A stretch of DNA of 64,000 nt from NCBI GenBank assembly GCA_030141605.1, contig JAQGDQ010000324.1, forward strand, positions 62,001 through 126,000, read 5' to 3'. This stretch comes from Tubiluchus corallicola (Eukaryota; Animalia; Priapulida). Shown in pieces: positions 63,965-64,000 of this stretch (position 1 is its first letter; every line of letters starts with the position of its first letter). Under the pieces are notes generated by a model. It saw only the letters and a program-made list of their open reading frames with translations, searched no databases and was not told the DNA's origin. The translations under genes were made by a program, and so were the position numbers.

Positions 63965-64000
63965 GCTACTATTAGACAAAAATATCATAGAATCCAATTC

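Overview
AT-rich, repeat-rich animal genomic DNA. The alpha-actinin N-terminus and exon sizes look chordate/deuterostome-like; a tunicate is plausible but not proven. Left to right: (1) the 5' ~544 codons of a multi-exon alpha-actinin gene on the minus strand (ATG at 33149, running off the left edge), with two intact 79-nt copies of one CH2-domain exon that cannot both be included in frame; (2) a divergent intronless class A orphan GPCR (GPR161-like); (3) a Gremlin (DAN family) gene whose first coding exon appears to contribute only the ATG, embedded in a dense microsatellite field; (4) an intronless GT-A glycosyltransferase; (5) two intronless small heat shock protein genes (one with tandem alpha-crystallin domains) with clear HSE promoters, plus a third HSE-bearing promoter and a probable ATG-only first exon at the right edge. 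Introns and intergenic DNA hold many MITEs (hAT, Tc1/mariner-pogo and Kolobok-like; some nested), foldback elements with tRNA-like arms, a 45-bp minisatellite and long microsatellites. All calls are by eye; no database searches were run, and comparisons to known proteins are from memory.
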